The position numbers and the translations under genes were made by a program. A stretch of DNA of 59,594 nt, filler included. It is 9 parts of 9 records of this genome, joined end to end, with 100 filler letters (N's around TTAATTAATTAA, not from the genome) between each part and the next. Parts side by side here need not be neighbours in the genome. Positions count along the whole stretch, not along the records: positions 18,831 to 24,023 come from SRR31147125_289466; positions 24,124 to 30,129 come from SRR31147125_289521; positions 30,230 to 37,332 come from SRR31147125_289900; 6 more parts are not named here. One strand, written 5' to 3'. Below are positions 21,159 to 33,200 of this stretch, piece by piece. The notes beneath the pieces are model-generated. The model was not told where the DNA came from. It saw nothing but the letters and a program-made list of their open reading frames with translations, and ran no database searches. Each line of letters begins with the position of its first letter. Position 1 is the first letter of the stretch.

Positions 21159-21221
21159 ATTGCGGAAAATCCGACGATTGCGGGATACCCGACGATTGCG
21201 GAGAATCCGACATTTTCGGGA
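21159..21221. repeat. Three 18-bp tandem repeats plus a partial copy, each with an internal palindrome
   Basis: attgCGGAaaaTCCGacg / attgCGGGataCCCGacg / attgCGGAgaaTCCGaca, between convergent genes. Confidence 0.85.
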
Positions 21222-21236
21222 CTGTGATCATCAACC

Positions 21237-22052
21237 TTATACAAACATCAGCAGGCTGATTGCCATTACTGCCATACCGGCTATTAAACCGCCGATCGCG
21301 ATATGGTGCTCGCCATACTCCTCGGCAGTCGGCAGCAGCTCATCAAGCGAAATATAGACCATAATCCCGGCCACTCCGGCGAAAATCAGGCCAAAGGTGA
21401 CATCGTTGAATACGGAGCGCAGGATGAAGAATCCCAGAATGGCTCCTACCGGTTCCGAAAGACCGGAGAGAAATGAGAGCCAGAATGCTTTTTTCTTGCT
21501 CTTGGTGGCGAAATAGATGGGAGCCGAAACAGCGATACCCTCCGGAATGTTGTGGATCGCGATGGCTACCGCGATGCTGATACCAAGGGCCGGATCCGAG
21601 ATAGCACTCATGAAAGTTGCCAGCCCTTCGGGGAAGTTATGGATGGCTATGGCCAGAGCCGAGAACATGCCCATGCGCATCAGCTTCTTTTCCTGATCGG
21701 CTTTCTCAATTTCGGCGGTACCGGATTTCACGTTTTTCAGTTCGTGCGGGTTTTCGTAGGAGGGAATCAGCTTATCTATGATCGCGATCAGGGCTATGCC
21801 GCAGAAAAAGGCGATTGTAGTCAGCCAGTAGCCCTTGCGCAGGCCAAGCTCGAATACCAGGGCATCCTTGGCCTTGACGAAAATCTCGATCATCGAGACA
21901 TAGATCATGACCCCGGCCGAAAAACCGAGAGCCAGTGAGAGAAATTTGGGGCTGAATTTTTTCGACAGGAAGGACATCAGGCTACCGATACCGGTTGCGA
22001 GACCGGCGAATACTGTCAGTCCAAGGGCGAACAGGATGGTACTTGTGCTCAT
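21237..22052 (-). CDS. zupT: ZIP-family metal transporter ZupT
   Basis: [35 protein letters not shown]. Start MSTSTILF with SD AAGGAG. Confidence 0.95.
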   Translation of the reverse strand: MSTSTILFALGLTVFAGLATGIGSLMSFLSKKFSPKFLSLALGFSAGVMIYVSMIEIFVKAKDALVFELGLRKGYWLTTIAFFCGIALIAIIDKLIPSYENPHELKNVKSGTAEIEKADQEKKLMRMGMFSALAIAIHNFPEGLATFMSAISDPALGISIAVAIAIHNIPEGIAVSAPIYFATKSKKKAFWLSFLSGLSEPVGAILGFFILRSVFNDVTFGLIFAGVAGIMVYISLDELLPTAEEYGEHHIAIGGLIAGMAVMAISLLMFV

Positions 22053-22225
22053 AGGGTCTCCTTCGCAGGTTTGCAGGCGCGCTGCTTTTTCAACACTGTA
22101 TCTTACCATAGTAATAGCATGGATGGAGACGTAATCCAAGCGGGTCGATAAAAAGATGGTGGAAAACTGAGGGTATATATCTATTTTCCCGAAAATATGG
22201 TAGGTGTTTACGTGGGAGAAAACAG

Positions 22226-23299
22226 ATGTCCGCACAAGGAGAACAGACAGAACGATTTGCTCGCATACGACAGTTACTGTCATATCTGCCGGGCTTATTG
22301 TTGCTGCTGGCTATCGCGCTGGTTTCCACCTGGATAGCGGGATATCTGCCGCAGTACATCGGTAAGGTCTTTATTGCCGTCATCCTTGGGATTCTGTTGA
22401 ACAATCTGTTTGCCATCTCCGGCAGGCTCCTTTTTGCCCCCGGGATCAAGCTGGGACTGAAACGCATCCTGAAAATAGCGATTGTGCTGCTGGGAGCCGG
22501 AATCACCTTCCAGGAGATCGCGCGCCTGGGCGGGCGGGCATTGCTGATAATTATCCTGCTGGTATCTTTCAGTATTGTCCTGACGCAATTATTGGGCAGG
22601 CTACTGAAAATTCCCCTCAGACAACGGATGCTGATTGCGGTTGGGGTATCAATCTGCGGAAATACGGCGATTGCGGCTGCCTCACCAATCCTTAAGGCTG
22701 AGGAAGATGAGACGGCTGTGGCTGTAGGCATCGTGACCCTGTTCGGAGTGGTTGGCGTGCTGGTTCTGCCCCTGATTGGGTACGCGCTCGATGTGAGTCA
22801 GGAGTTTTTCGGTTACTGGGCTGGAACCGCGATAAATGATACCTCGCAGGTTGTGGCGGCCGGATTCATTTTTGGTGATGAGGCGGGAACAGTGGCTACC
22901 ACGGTCAAGCTGATCAGGAATATCATGATGGCTCCGGTCATTCTGATTGTCTCCTTCTCCTACTGGCGCAGGCAGAGGCGCGGGGGCGGAGAAGCCGGTG
23001 ATGGTGAAAAGGTCAGTGTACGCAAGATGTTCCCGCTGTTCGTTCTGGGATTTGTGCTGGTAGCCGTCCTGAACAGCTTCGGGCTGTTTGCGTTTGAGAT
23101 TAGGAGTGCCTGGTTTGACGGTACGTTTGCCTCCCTGCTGGTAAAAACAGCCAAATTTCTGATTTTGCTGGCCCTGTCCGGGATTGGCTTGAGTGTATCG
23201 TTCCGCAAGCTGAAGGTGATCGGCCCGCGTCCCTTTATCCTGGGATTCAGCGTGGAAGTGCTGCTGGCCATCTGTGCCTATTTCGTAAATCACATTTAA
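22226..23299 (+). CDS. YeiH/UPF0324 putative sulfate exporter
   Basis: [34 protein letters not shown]. Confidence 0.9.
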   Translation: MSAQGEQTERFARIRQLLSYLPGLLLLLAIALVSTWIAGYLPQYIGKVFIAVILGILLNNLFAISGRLLFAPGIKLGLKRILKIAIVLLGAGITFQEIARLGGRALLIIILLVSFSIVLTQLLGRLLKIPLRQRMLIAVGVSICGNTAIAAASPILKAEEDETAVAVGIVTLFGVVGVLVLPLIGYALDVSQEFFGYWAGTAINDTSQVVAAGFIFGDEAGTVATTVKLIRNIMMAPVILIVSFSYWRRQRRGGGEAGDGEKVSVRKMFPLFVLGFVLVAVLNSFGLFAFEIRSAWFDGTFASLLVKTAKFLILLALSGIGLSVSFRKLKVIGPRPFILGFSVEVLLAICAYFVNHI

Positions 23300-23404
23300 G
23301 ATTACAGATTGATGTCCACAACTTGACCGCTGGTGTAAACGAAGCGGTTCTTGCCCGGGATTGCCTGCAGTTGCTTAGAGTTCTCTATAACTGTCTATTG
23401 CTGC

Positions 23405-24023
23405 TTACAACTGTCGGCCGGTAAGCATATTGAACATATTCAGCATCATCTTCTTCCTGCCGACTTTTCCCTTCAGAATGTTTAGATAGAGGCGAACAAT
23501 GTTTTTGGGAGGAACGGTCTCCTGCTCCTTTTTCACCAGCTTTGCCGCCTGGGTGGGGCATTTGGTGACGCAGAGACCACAGCCGATGCACCTGTTGCGA
23601 TCGACCTCAACCAGCTTTTTCTCCTTATCCAGAACCAGGGCATCCATCTGGCATCTTTCAAGGCAGATTCCGCATCCAATGCATGTTTCACCCGATATCT
23701 CAGCAAAATAGTTTGTCGCGAAGTAATGGGCCGGGTCGGGAAATTTCTTGGCGGTGGTGATTACTCCGCAGCAGCAGCCGCAGCAAAGACAGATACAAAA
23801 GGGTTTCATGGTATTTCCGGGCTGCAGGACCAGCCCTTGCTCTTCCGCCATATCAAGAATGGCCAGACACTCTTCCTTGTCGATTTGCCGTGCCTGCTCT
23901 CTTGCGGCGTAACTGGTAGAGCCGAACATCAGACAGATCTCAATGTTATCAGTCTGCTTGCAGGGTTTACCCAACAGGGCTTCACCCTGCTTGCAGACGC
24001 AGCTGGCTACGTGAATCTGCTTT
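23405..24023 (-). CDS. 4Fe-4S dicluster protein (5' truncated)
   Basis: ICLCCGCCC plus two CxxCxxCxxxC motifs. Confidence 0.88.
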
Positions 24024-24123
24024 NNNNNNNNNNNNNNNNNNNNNNNNNNNNNNNNNNNNNNNNNNNNTTAATTAATTAANNNNNNNNNNNNNNNNNNNNN
24101 NNNNNNNNNNNNNNNNNNNNNNN

Positions 24124-24575
24124 CCCCAAAACCCCCTTTGCCACCACCTCTTCGCGCACCACCTGGTTCTTGTTGTTCAAACCCAGGACCAAGAAAATCT
24201 CCTGGGGCAATGACGAGAGCCTGGCTCTGTATGCCTCGAATATGTCCGCACTACAGGTGAACCCCGAGTACTCCCTCGGGATTCCCCTTTCTCGATCACT
24301 CGCACCCCCAGCTCCACCGCCGCCAAGATCCTGCACGCCTTGGCCTCCCCCATGCCGCGAATAGTGGACATCCCTCCCAAACCAACCTGTGGTATGCGCT
24401 CGATTCCTCCCAGTTCCCGAAGGAGCCTCCCCGCAAATTCAACGGCGTTTTCCCGTGCCTGTCCGCTGCCGAGAATGAGCGCTAGGATTTCAGAGTCGTT
24501 CAGGGCCCCGGTCCCCTTCTGTTTTAGCCTTTCCCTGGGTCGTTCTCCTTCCGGAACTTGAATCATGGTCACCAT
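24124..24575 (-). CDS. radC: RadC/JAB-domain protein (3' truncated; 1-nt deletion near 24262-24290)
   Basis: ERPRERL..G..ALNDSEILALILGSG, GMGEAKA..ILAAVELG, then QEIFLVLGLNNKNQVV in the other frame. Confidence 0.9.
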
Positions 24576-24692
24576 GCAAATGGAACGAAGCAATCCCCGT
24601 GCCTGAAGAAAACACCGAAAAGACTAAACAAAATGACACGAAACCGGCGACAAAGAGCGGCGAGACTACCTCTCACCCCATGAATCGCCTTC

Positions 24693-26045
24693 TCAGGAGA
24701 AGGCCGCGCAAAGTGACTCGTCTACAACGTCGAAGAGTTCCTCAATCTGGCACACCTCAATATTGAGAGGGAGCACAAAGTAGACGACATTGCCCATGGG
24801 CCGAAGAAGCGCACCACGCTTTCTTGCTTCCGAGTAGAATTTCCAACCTGCGTCCGCCAGGTAGTTGGATTCCCCTTCCGTGGCCGTGGGATTCGCCAAG
24901 GTAAACGCAGTCACGATGCCCGTCCGACGCGGGTCCCGGACCCATGGATGAGCAGAAACACGCTCCAACCCTCGCTGCATCGCCTCCATCCGTGAGGGAA
25001 GCTCCTCGAGGATCCGCTCCTCTTCAAACACCTTCAAGGTCTCGAGGGCGACAGCACACCCCAGAGGATTTCCGGTAAACGAGTGACCGTACCAGAGGGT
25101 CTCGTCCGCACCGCCAACGAAGGGCTCGAATACTCGCTCATTGGTCACGGTGGCCGCCATGGGCAAAACACCTCCGGAGAACCCCTTGGCCAAACACGAA
25201 ATGTCCGCCTGGATTTCGGCCCCGTGCTGGGCCAGGAACGAGCCGGTCCGCCCATAACCCACAAAAACCTCATCGGCTATAAGGAGAATATCCAGCTCGT
25301 CGCACAATGTCCTCAAACGTTTAAGGTATTCGGGGGAGTACATGAGCATACCCGCGGCCCCTTGGATCAACGGCTCCACGATGACTGCGGCAGTTTCTTT
25401 TGCGTTTTTGACCAGCATCCGCCTGGTCTTCTCGAAGGTCTCCTCGAACCAGCCAACCCCGCTTTGCTCCGCGTACGAAGATACGGCAGCCAGTGAGGAC
25501 GGGCTCGGCAGGAGGACCCGATCAAACAGCAGCGGTCCCAATGCCTTGTGGAACAGCTCGCCACCCGAAACCGAGGCGGCTCCAACGGTCTCTCCGTGGA
25601 ATGCACCTTTGAGGGTGACGAACCTCTTTTTCTCCGGACGCCCGACGATTTGCCAGTGCTGGAACGCCATGCGCACGGCGACTTCCACCGCAGTGGAACC
25701 ATCGTCGGAGAAGAATATCCGCGAGTATGAGTCACCGCACATGGGAAGCAGGCGCTCGGCCAATTCCACGGCGCCCCTGTGCACCATCCCGGCAAGGGAG
25801 CAGTGGGCAAGGGTTTCAGTTTGCCTTCGCAGCGCCTCCATGAGCCGGGGGTGGTTGTGGCCCAGAATGTTGACCCACCAAGAAGCGTTTCCGTCCACGT
25901 ACCTGGATCCATCCGCATCGAACAGGTAGATGCCCTGGGCGCGCTCCACCACAACGGGATCCACCTCTCGAATGTAGCGAGCCATCGGCGTGTACGGATG
26001 CCAGATGAGTTTCTTATCAAGCGCTACTATTCGTTCTCTTTTCAC
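24693..26045 (-). CDS. bioA: Adenosylmethionine-8-amino-7-oxononanoate aminotransferase
   Basis: IWHPYT, SWWVNILGH, DDGSTAVEVA, IADEVFVGYGRTG, LAKGFSGG (PLP Lys), GHSFTGNPLGC. Confidence 0.93.
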   Translation of the reverse strand: MKRERIVALDKKLIWHPYTPMARYIREVDPVVVERAQGIYLFDADGSRYVDGNASWWVNILGHNHPRLMEALRRQTETLAHCSLAGMVHRGAVELAERLLPMCGDSYSRIFFSDDGSTAVEVAVRMAFQHWQIVGRPEKKRFVTLKGAFHGETVGAASVSGGELFHKALGPLLFDRVLLPSPSSLAAVSSYAEQSGVGWFEETFEKTRRMLVKNAKETAAVIVEPLIQGAAGMLMYSPEYLKRLRTLCDELDILLIADEVFVGYGRTGSFLAQHGAEIQADISCLAKGFSGGVLPMAATVTNERVFEPFVGGADETLWYGHSFTGNPLGCAVALETLKVFEEERILEELPSRMEAMQRGLERVSAHPWVRDPRRTGIVTAFTLANPTATEGESNYLADAGWKFYSEARKRGALLRPMGNVVYFVLPLNIEVCQIEELFDVVDESLCAAFS

Positions 26046-27406
26046 TGTTCCTCCTTGGTCTCACCGATCACGCGGGCGGATACTGCGCCCTTGGCAAGGG
26101 CAATCTCCAGCTCATCCCCTTCCAGCGCTTTTTGTTCGTCCTTGAGGATTTCTCCGGTCTTTTTCAAACGAACCACTGAATAACCCCTGGACAAAACCCC
26201 CAAGGGGCTCAAGGCTTCCAGACTTGCGGCAAGCTCCCCGATTCTCCCCCGATTCACGGCAATGAACGGATCCGGCCATCTGTAGAGGCCCTCCCCCGCC
26301 GCCATGAGATCTCCCTTGGCGCGTCCAATGGCTGCGTCGGGCCACCTGTGAAGCCCCTCTCTCAATCCGGCCAGGCGATCGCTCTCTTTGGCCAAAGCCC
26401 CGGCGGGCCACTTGGCCAGGGATTCTTTCAAGGAAAAAAGCAGCCGGGCGTCCCTTCGAAGCCTGACGCGGGGGTCCTGTGTCCGGATCCGCTCATCCAT
26501 CCGAGATAGCCTTCGCCGCTCTGCCAAGACCAGCCCCCCAAAGGTGGCCCCGAGGGATCTCAACTTCTCCCTGAGGCGAAGACGCATCTCCTCCAGCTCC
26601 GGAACTACCAACTGGGCCGCCTCCGATGGGGTCGCCGCCCGTCGATCCGCAACCAGATCCGTAACGCTCACATCTATTTCGTGCCCCACTGCGCTGACAA
26701 CGGGAACAGGACACTCGGCAACGGACCTGGCAACGGACTCCTCGTTGAAGGCATCAAGATCATCCTTCGCGCCACCTCCCCTGCCCAGAATCACCACCTC
26801 CACCGCGGGGTGCATACCCGCCCTGTTCAAAGCGTCGCAAAGCTGCGCAGGGGCGGTATCTCCCTGGACCTGAGCATGGAACAGAAGGACCCGCGTGGGA
26901 AAGCGGTCGCGCATCACCTTGGCAATATCCCTGAGGGCGGCTCCCGTCCTGGAAGTAACCACAGCCACACACGCGGGAAGCAAGGGCAGCTCGCGTTTGT
27001 TCTTTGGGTCGAACAGCCCCTCCGACTTGAGCTTTTCCTTGAGCAAGGCGAGCTTTTTTGCCTTGTCCCCCTCCCCCGCCTCTCGCACCCGGTCCACCAC
27101 AATCTGGTATCGACCGCCCGCTTCATAAAGGGTGACCCTGCCGTGGCAATTGATGCGTTTGCCCCGCTCTACGACAGAAGCGTAACGCATGGCCTGTCCC
27201 TTCCACATGACCGCATCTATGGAGGACCCACCGCCGGGTTCTGCCAACCTGAAGTACAGGTGTCCCGATCTGGCCCGGGTAACATCGGTCACCTCGGCGT
27301 CGACCCAGATCCCCGCCAGGTTGTCCTCCAAAAGTCCCCGAGCACGCCTGTTCACCTGGGAAACTGAAAGGACTCTCTCTTCTCGGTTGTCGCCATGGGC
27401 CGTCAT
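26042..27406 (-). CDS. xseA: Exodeoxyribonuclease VII large subunit
   Basis: LSVSQVN, SGHLYF, TSRTGAALRDI, RGGG..DL.AFN, SAVGHEID, ATPS, LSRGYS. Confidence 0.95.
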   Translation of the reverse strand: MTAHGDNREERVLSVSQVNRRARGLLEDNLAGIWVDAEVTDVTRARSGHLYFRLAEPGGGSSIDAVMWKGQAMRYASVVERGKRINCHGRVTLYEAGGRYQIVVDRVREAGEGDKAKKLALLKEKLKSEGLFDPKNKRELPLLPACVAVVTSRTGAALRDIAKVMRDRFPTRVLLFHAQVQGDTAPAQLCDALNRAGMHPAVEVVILGRGGGAKDDLDAFNEESVARSVAECPVPVVSAVGHEIDVSVTDLVADRRAATPSEAAQLVVPELEEMRLRLREKLRSLGATFGGLVLAERRRLSRMDERIRTQDPRVRLRRDARLLFSLKESLAKWPAGALAKESDRLAGLREGLHRWPDAAIGRAKGDLMAAGEGLYRWPDPFIAVNRGRIGELAASLEALSPLGVLSRGYSVVRLKKTGEILKDEQKALEGDELEIALAKGAVSARVIGETKEEQ

Positions 27407-27518
27407 CACTCCGGGATGATAAGCACGAATGGACCCTCTAGAAAACAGCTGCTTTGAACGAATTTGACTCATTTCAAAAGGTCGCGAACAATGCAGTGCG
27501 AAAAGGAGATCTAGACGC

Positions 27519-28553
27519 ATGCCCACCAAAAAGACCGAATCCCCCTTTAGCCATATCAAGAAGGTGGAGCTGCGCCGCCTGGCCAAACCAGGGGTTGAAA
27601 AGCGAACCAACATCGCCATGGCCCTTTCCTGGCTTTTGCTATGGGTGGCGACAGGAGTGACCGTCAAGCTGCTCCTGGGTGAATGGCACGGCTTCTTCTG
27701 GGGCCTTATCACCTCGGGAATCCTGTCGGTGACCACCATCTGGCTTTTCTACGTCAAACCCGCCACCAGCAGAAAGACCGCTGCTACCCTCACCATGGAC
27801 GACAATGAGCTGAAGGTGCTGAGGGCCGACGGAACGACCAAGACGCCGATTGCGCTCAACCTCCCCCACCGGGCCATGCTGATCCGGGCGAAAGGAGAGG
27901 GGCGCCTACTGCTGAGGGTCGAGCAAGTGGACGAGGATTTCAGGAGCGAAGAGAGGCTGGACCTCTTCGGCCCCATGCCCATGGTGATGCCCATGAAGGT
28001 GTCGGGGGATGCCCAGTCCCTCATCGGCTTTGAGCCCGGAGTGGCAAGGAAGAACAAAGAGAGCTCTCCCTACGCCCTTCGAGCAATCGGCGCCGAAGCG
28101 GACACATCCATGAGCGCAATTTTGGATTTTGTTGAACGCCATTGCGATTTGCGCGTTCACACTTACAACCTCAAAGCCCAAAGCGGCGAAGTGCGGCTGG
28201 AGGAAAACGGCTTTGTGATCCCGGGAAAGGACGGCGACACCGAATTTCCCTTTGACGGCGACTATGAAATCAAATGCATGGCCAAAGGGATAAACGAAAA
28301 CAATGCTGCGGAAGTGTTCGTAGCTCTGGTGCCCAAGGACGATCCTCAAAACGCCCTGGTATTCGAGCGCACTGCGGTGGCCGGGTGGCTGGAGGAGTTC
28401 CCCTCCGAGTGGACGGTGCCCGAGGAAGCCATGAAAAGACGAGTTCTTCTCTACGACGACACAGCGGGAGCCTTTGTCGCCGTGAAAGCCTTGAAGGTCT
28501 ACATCGAGCGCCTGGACCCCTCCAATCGCGCTCTGGAAATCTTGAGGTACTGA
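27519..28553 (+). CDS. Hypothetical protein with two N-terminal TM helices
   Basis: 344 aa, SD AGGAG, coding-like composition. Confidence 0.7.
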   Translation: MPTKKTESPFSHIKKVELRRLAKPGVEKRTNIAMALSWLLLWVATGVTVKLLLGEWHGFFWGLITSGILSVTTIWLFYVKPATSRKTAATLTMDDNELKVLRADGTTKTPIALNLPHRAMLIRAKGEGRLLLRVEQVDEDFRSEERLDLFGPMPMVMPMKVSGDAQSLIGFEPGVARKNKESSPYALRAIGAEADTSMSAILDFVERHCDLRVHTYNLKAQSGEVRLEENGFVIPGKDGDTEFPFDGDYEIKCMAKGINENNAAEVFVALVPKDDPQNALVFERTAVAGWLEEFPSEWTVPEEAMKRRVLLYDDTAGAFVAVKALKVYIERLDPSNRALEILRY

Positions 28554-28572
28554 CTACCCTTTGGAGGCATTG

Positions 28573-29742
28573 ATGAACCGTAGATTGCATATCGAGCTGG
28601 CCTTCTTGTTGTGCACTTCGGTTTTTCTGGCCGGGCCGTCCTGCGATGAAGAGGGTCCCGCAAAACCTCCAGCGCCTTCGGCCAACAGAGAAGAAGCTCC
28701 TGGGTTTATCGGAAAATGGCTCATGACAAAGGAGGAGCCCGCCGATGGCAAGGGTGGGTTCTTCGAACAAAAACGTAGACTCCTGGAGTTTCGCCAAAGC
28801 GGAGAATTCACCGCTGAAAACGCCTACAACGCCATTGCCGGCAAGTGGCGAATGGTCAAAGGCGGCGTTGCGGTAGATCTGGAAATCGGTGAACAGAAAA
28901 GAACCCTCAACATGGAACTCGAGCGAGTTACAGACAAACAACTCGTACTCATCGAAGACCTCCCGGAGATCTACCTACAGGATGGGCCGCCGAGAAGAGT
29001 TCGAAATACCTACCGAATGGTTAGCGTCCACGAATTCGGTCCCATGTTGGGCAAAGAAATCAAAAGGAACTCTCCCAAACACGGCGCTTGGGCCGCCGAA
29101 TATAACTTCTCCATGTCCAAGTATCCCACCATGGAGATACACTTCAGCAAGGGTATTAGGGGAGCAGGCCGAATCAAACTGAGTGAAGGCGGCGAAAGCG
29201 AAGCGTGTTTCGGCGCTGTCCTTGGAGAACGGTCTTCCTTCAGCAAGTACGTGCCGGGAGAGACAGAAAACAGGGTGGAAACGGATGAATCCCGTCACCT
29301 CCTAGGACTGGTGGGCACATGGAAAAAGAAAGGCAAAGAATTCATTGTCACATTTGACAAACAAGCATGGAATTCCTGCAAAGTGCCTCCTGAAACAACG
29401 TCTTCCCATTCACCGGTAGAACTCAGCTGCTTCGAGCTGGCGCCCAACGAGAAACTGCCCTCCAACACCCTGGCCTGCCGAATCGCCAAGGGTCCACATT
29501 GGCTCAATCTCATCGCTATCAACCCCGCAGACACGGAGCGGGCCGGTCCGTACACCTTCCAATCGGACCCCATGGGTCGCATCGAAACAGATCCAGGACG
29601 TCCCTGGCTCCTTCTCGGCAAAGCTCCCGGACTTCAAATCGAATCCACCGATGATCGCGACAACCCAACCCCCAAACTGAATTTTCTCAAAAAGAAAGTC
29701 CTCCTGAACGAGAAGATGTTCACCACCCAGGTCGAGCGCTGA
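28573..29742 (+). CDS. Hypothetical exported protein, possible lipoprotein with a lipocalin-like N-terminal domain
   Basis: SD GGAGG; FLAGPSC; FIGKW...GKW pattern. Confidence 0.65.
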   Translation: MNRRLHIELAFLLCTSVFLAGPSCDEEGPAKPPAPSANREEAPGFIGKWLMTKEEPADGKGGFFEQKRRLLEFRQSGEFTAENAYNAIAGKWRMVKGGVAVDLEIGEQKRTLNMELERVTDKQLVLIEDLPEIYLQDGPPRRVRNTYRMVSVHEFGPMLGKEIKRNSPKHGAWAAEYNFSMSKYPTMEIHFSKGIRGAGRIKLSEGGESEACFGAVLGERSSFSKYVPGETENRVETDESRHLLGLVGTWKKKGKEFIVTFDKQAWNSCKVPPETTSSHSPVELSCFELAPNEKLPSNTLACRIAKGPHWLNLIAINPADTERAGPYTFQSDPMGRIETDPGRPWLLLGKAPGLQIESTDDRDNPTPKLNFLKKKVLLNEKMFTTQVER

Positions 29743-29745
29743 ATA

Positions 29746-30129
29746 TCATCGACCGGCGGCGATGAGTTCCTCGGCGTACCGGCCTTTTCCGAAACCGGTC
29801 TCGAACCTGGACCATCCCTGGCGAATCATCTGGGCATTCACAAACACTCCGCCTACGAAAACATACGCCAGCAAACGCCCGTACCCATCCCTCGCCTCGA
29901 CGCCGGACTCCTCGAACTCCAACCGCACCCTCTTTTTAAGCACCAGCTTTTTGAGCGCCTCTTTTGCCGCCTCATACTGCGCCTCTCCCTCTCCGGAGTA
30001 TCTATTCGCAAAAGCCGGACCCTCTCCCGATTGCCCTTGTGTTGAACGACGATGGTGTCCCCATCCACAACCCTCACACAAAAATGCGTGCTCTTATCGC
30101 TCTTCCCCCTCCGGGGTCTGTTTTCCCCC
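29746..30129 (-). CDS. Thermonuclease (SNase-like), 5' truncated, 1-nt deletion near 29989
   Basis: VVDGDTI...VRLLRIDTPE joined to RDGYGRLLAYVF...VNAQMIRQGW. Confidence 0.9.
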
Positions 30130-30229
30130 NNNNNNNNNNNNNNNNNNNNNNNNNNNNNNNNNNNNNNNNNNNNTTAATTAATTAANNNNNNNNNNNNNNN
30201 NNNNNNNNNNNNNNNNNNNNNNNNNNNNN

Positions 30230-33200
30230 GGGAGAATAGCACATGGCCCCCGTAGATGGTTGTGTGTGTCGTTGCACGATACTCGTTCTCCAGGATAACG
30301 ATACCGTCGCGAATGATGAAATCACCGTCAGATCGGATCGTGTGGAAGGAATGCCATCCGGATACAACATCCAACATGGCACCCTCGTCGATACTCCACT
30401 CACCCAGGAACGGCGCGTGTTCGTCCGTCATCTCACTTGTGGAGTACGAAGAAATACCCAACCGTCCTTCCTTGACGCGGATCTGGCCCTGATTACTCAG
30501 ATGCACTCCGAACACAAGGTTCGAATTCGCTCCCTCCAAGGACATGCTTGCAATGTTATACCATGTAGGAGCAGGACGAGTGGCCCATGTTGAATGGAAG
30601 ACACCCCGAGGCTGTTGGGGCGGCAGAGACCAGAACTCGATTTCACTGAGGCTCACCTCCTCGTTGGAACCCACAAACGGTTCAAGGAAGAAACGCACGT
30701 AGCGAATATGCTTATCGACCCTATGATCGATGTAATCACCTGGTCCGGCCCATATCGTATCGACAAAGTCCTCCCCGGTAATGGATTCGAACACATGTCC
30801 ATCAGACGATACGGACACCTTATAGCGTGCCGTAGCCAAAGACACTGCGACGGGATACACACGAACAATGGACACCTGTTGCGATCCCGTACTCGTCGTG
30901 GAGAAATCAAAGTCCAGCCACTGGGGCCCAGCAGCCCCAGAACGCCAGTATTCGTTCCCGCTTGCCCCAATTTGTCCATCGAAAAGATACCCAATGAAAT
31001 GTGCCAGGTATTGATTCGTGGACGGCACTCCACCGCTACTCCGGACGATCACACCACTAGGCGCCTTGTAGGTTCCTGCATTCGAGTGATCCATTCCACC
31101 AACACCGCCTGCAAGACCCACTACCTTCAGTGCATCCCGGAAGAAACCATTGTGGACTGCGTTAACGGAGAGAGAGAACCCACCAGGCGAACCCGATGTG
31201 GGAAGAACAATACCTGCCGCTCCGTCTTGCATATCCAGGGAACCGGTTCCCACCCAGTTCTTGGTGCTCATAACCGAGATCTGTCGGTTTCGAAGTGCAG
31301 CCCCGCGCTGTGCCATGTGCTGAATCTCGCTAGGGGTCAGGGCACGAGCATGCACTTGCAGATCGTCGATAGTACCAAAGTGGGCAGACTGTGTCGCGGT
31401 ATTTCCAATAATGTCGATGGGTTGAGAACCCTTGATGGTACTTTGTCCGACAAGGCGACCATCGACATAGAAACGGGTGCCTACATCATCCATTCCCACT
31501 GCAGTCAGGTGATGCCAGCCGACGGACAGAGAACTTAAGCGGCAATTTGACCCAACAAACTGGGAAGGACCACCCAGAGACACACCCAGTTCCATGTGGT
31601 GGTCGTGTTGTGTTGAGGATCGCCCATCGACATCAAGGACGGCCACGTAGCATTGCTCACCACTCGAACTGTATACAAGACAATGCCCCGATGCACTCTG
31701 ACTGGCGGGGAGGGGTGTGAGAATCCACGCAGCAATAGTGTATTCGTGTCCCATGGCCAAAGGAGGAGCGAGTGTTACTGCTCCCGATGATCCAAAGCGC
31801 CCCGCGAAGGCCCCACATGCGCCTGGGACAAGTGTGACACCAGAACCCGTAGGGGTAACCTCGCTGCCGTGTCCATAGCGGCCATCGTCTGAATCGAATG
31901 TCATATGAAGGATCATGCCATCCAAGACCGGGCAGGTGGTGAAATCCATAAGGAACTCAACACGCGAGTCTGTAACGCCACTGGGACCCGCCAGCAACCC
32001 TCCGGTCCATGTGTAATTGGCGTTTGCCTTGATCATACTGCTACCGGTCACATTGCCCATGGTGTGCACAAACCCGCTACCGATCACTTCAAACGTGCCC
32101 GTAGCAACCTCAAAGTGTCCTCCGTGCACCGTTACCGATTCGCTGATCATACCATCGCCCAAGCGTACATGGGCCGAATCACGCATCAGCAATGTTGTGA
32201 GGGTTGTGTTTCCATCACTGACATCAAAGGATCCACTTTTCTCAACAATCACCGGCTCCGAGAGCGGTTTTGCAGATCGGATGTACACGTGCCCCGTGTC
32301 TTCGACCTTCCACGAAGCGCCGGGCAGCACGGTCGCCTCATCCATTACCCACAACTCGGCGTCCCCTTCAATGTGGATGGATTCAGGAGTTTCTATCTGT
32401 ACCAATCCGTGCACGTGCGTAGAACCACCCGTAAATGCCAAACGACCGCCATTGTGTGCAGTGACCTGGGCAAGGTGGTTGATCTCGAAGACGGTGCCCT
32501 TTGCACCACCCAGCTGCAGACTGGCAGCGGGACCATTAACATGTATCTCGCCACTAAACGAGGCGTCACTGGGGGCGTTGACGGCCTCCCTCACGGCCTC
32601 GGTTGCACCCATCGCAGCACCCTGTGCCAACTGCAACGTTCCTTGTTGCACGTTGAGGGTGTTCAGATTGTAGACAAACATTTCCAAGCTCAAGGGATGG
32701 GGAGATGTGTGTTCAAGCAGGCCCATATTCACGAGGTATGGACGAGGGAACCGGTGTGGAATCATGTCGCGAATACGATTGAACGGCGATCCCTCAAAGA
32801 GATCAAGCTCCGTAAGCCCGACAGTTCCACTTACCGCCAAAGTGAAATCGAAGCGAATCGATCGCACGGAAGCTCTTAGGACATATGTCACCGATTGTCC
32901 TTGTCTTTCCACTGTAGTATTCACAGTACCATTTGTGATGCTTGTGAATGTGATTCCATCGGGAGACGTCCATATTTCATACGTCATCGGCTTGTTCTCG
33001 ATTGGATACATGCGCATGGCATCGATATAGGTGGTCAGTTTCCCGAGATCAATGTCCAGGAACACGTGCATCCCCGCAGAGAGCGACACAGTTTCCCATG
33101 ACCCCGACGTTGTGTAGTCACCGTCAAACAGTTCGGCCAACGATGTGGACGTATCGACCGTCGTTGTGAGCAGGACTCCCGATGTAGTCCGATAGAATCG

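Noticed and set aside
21159-21221. Mini CRISPR array
   Set aside because: Units are 18 bp, contiguous, without spacers, and there are no cas genes.
24124-30129. radC, xseA and thermonuclease as a defence island
   Set aside because: This is the long chromosomal RadC type and housekeeping xseA beside bioA; no defence or mobility genes are present.
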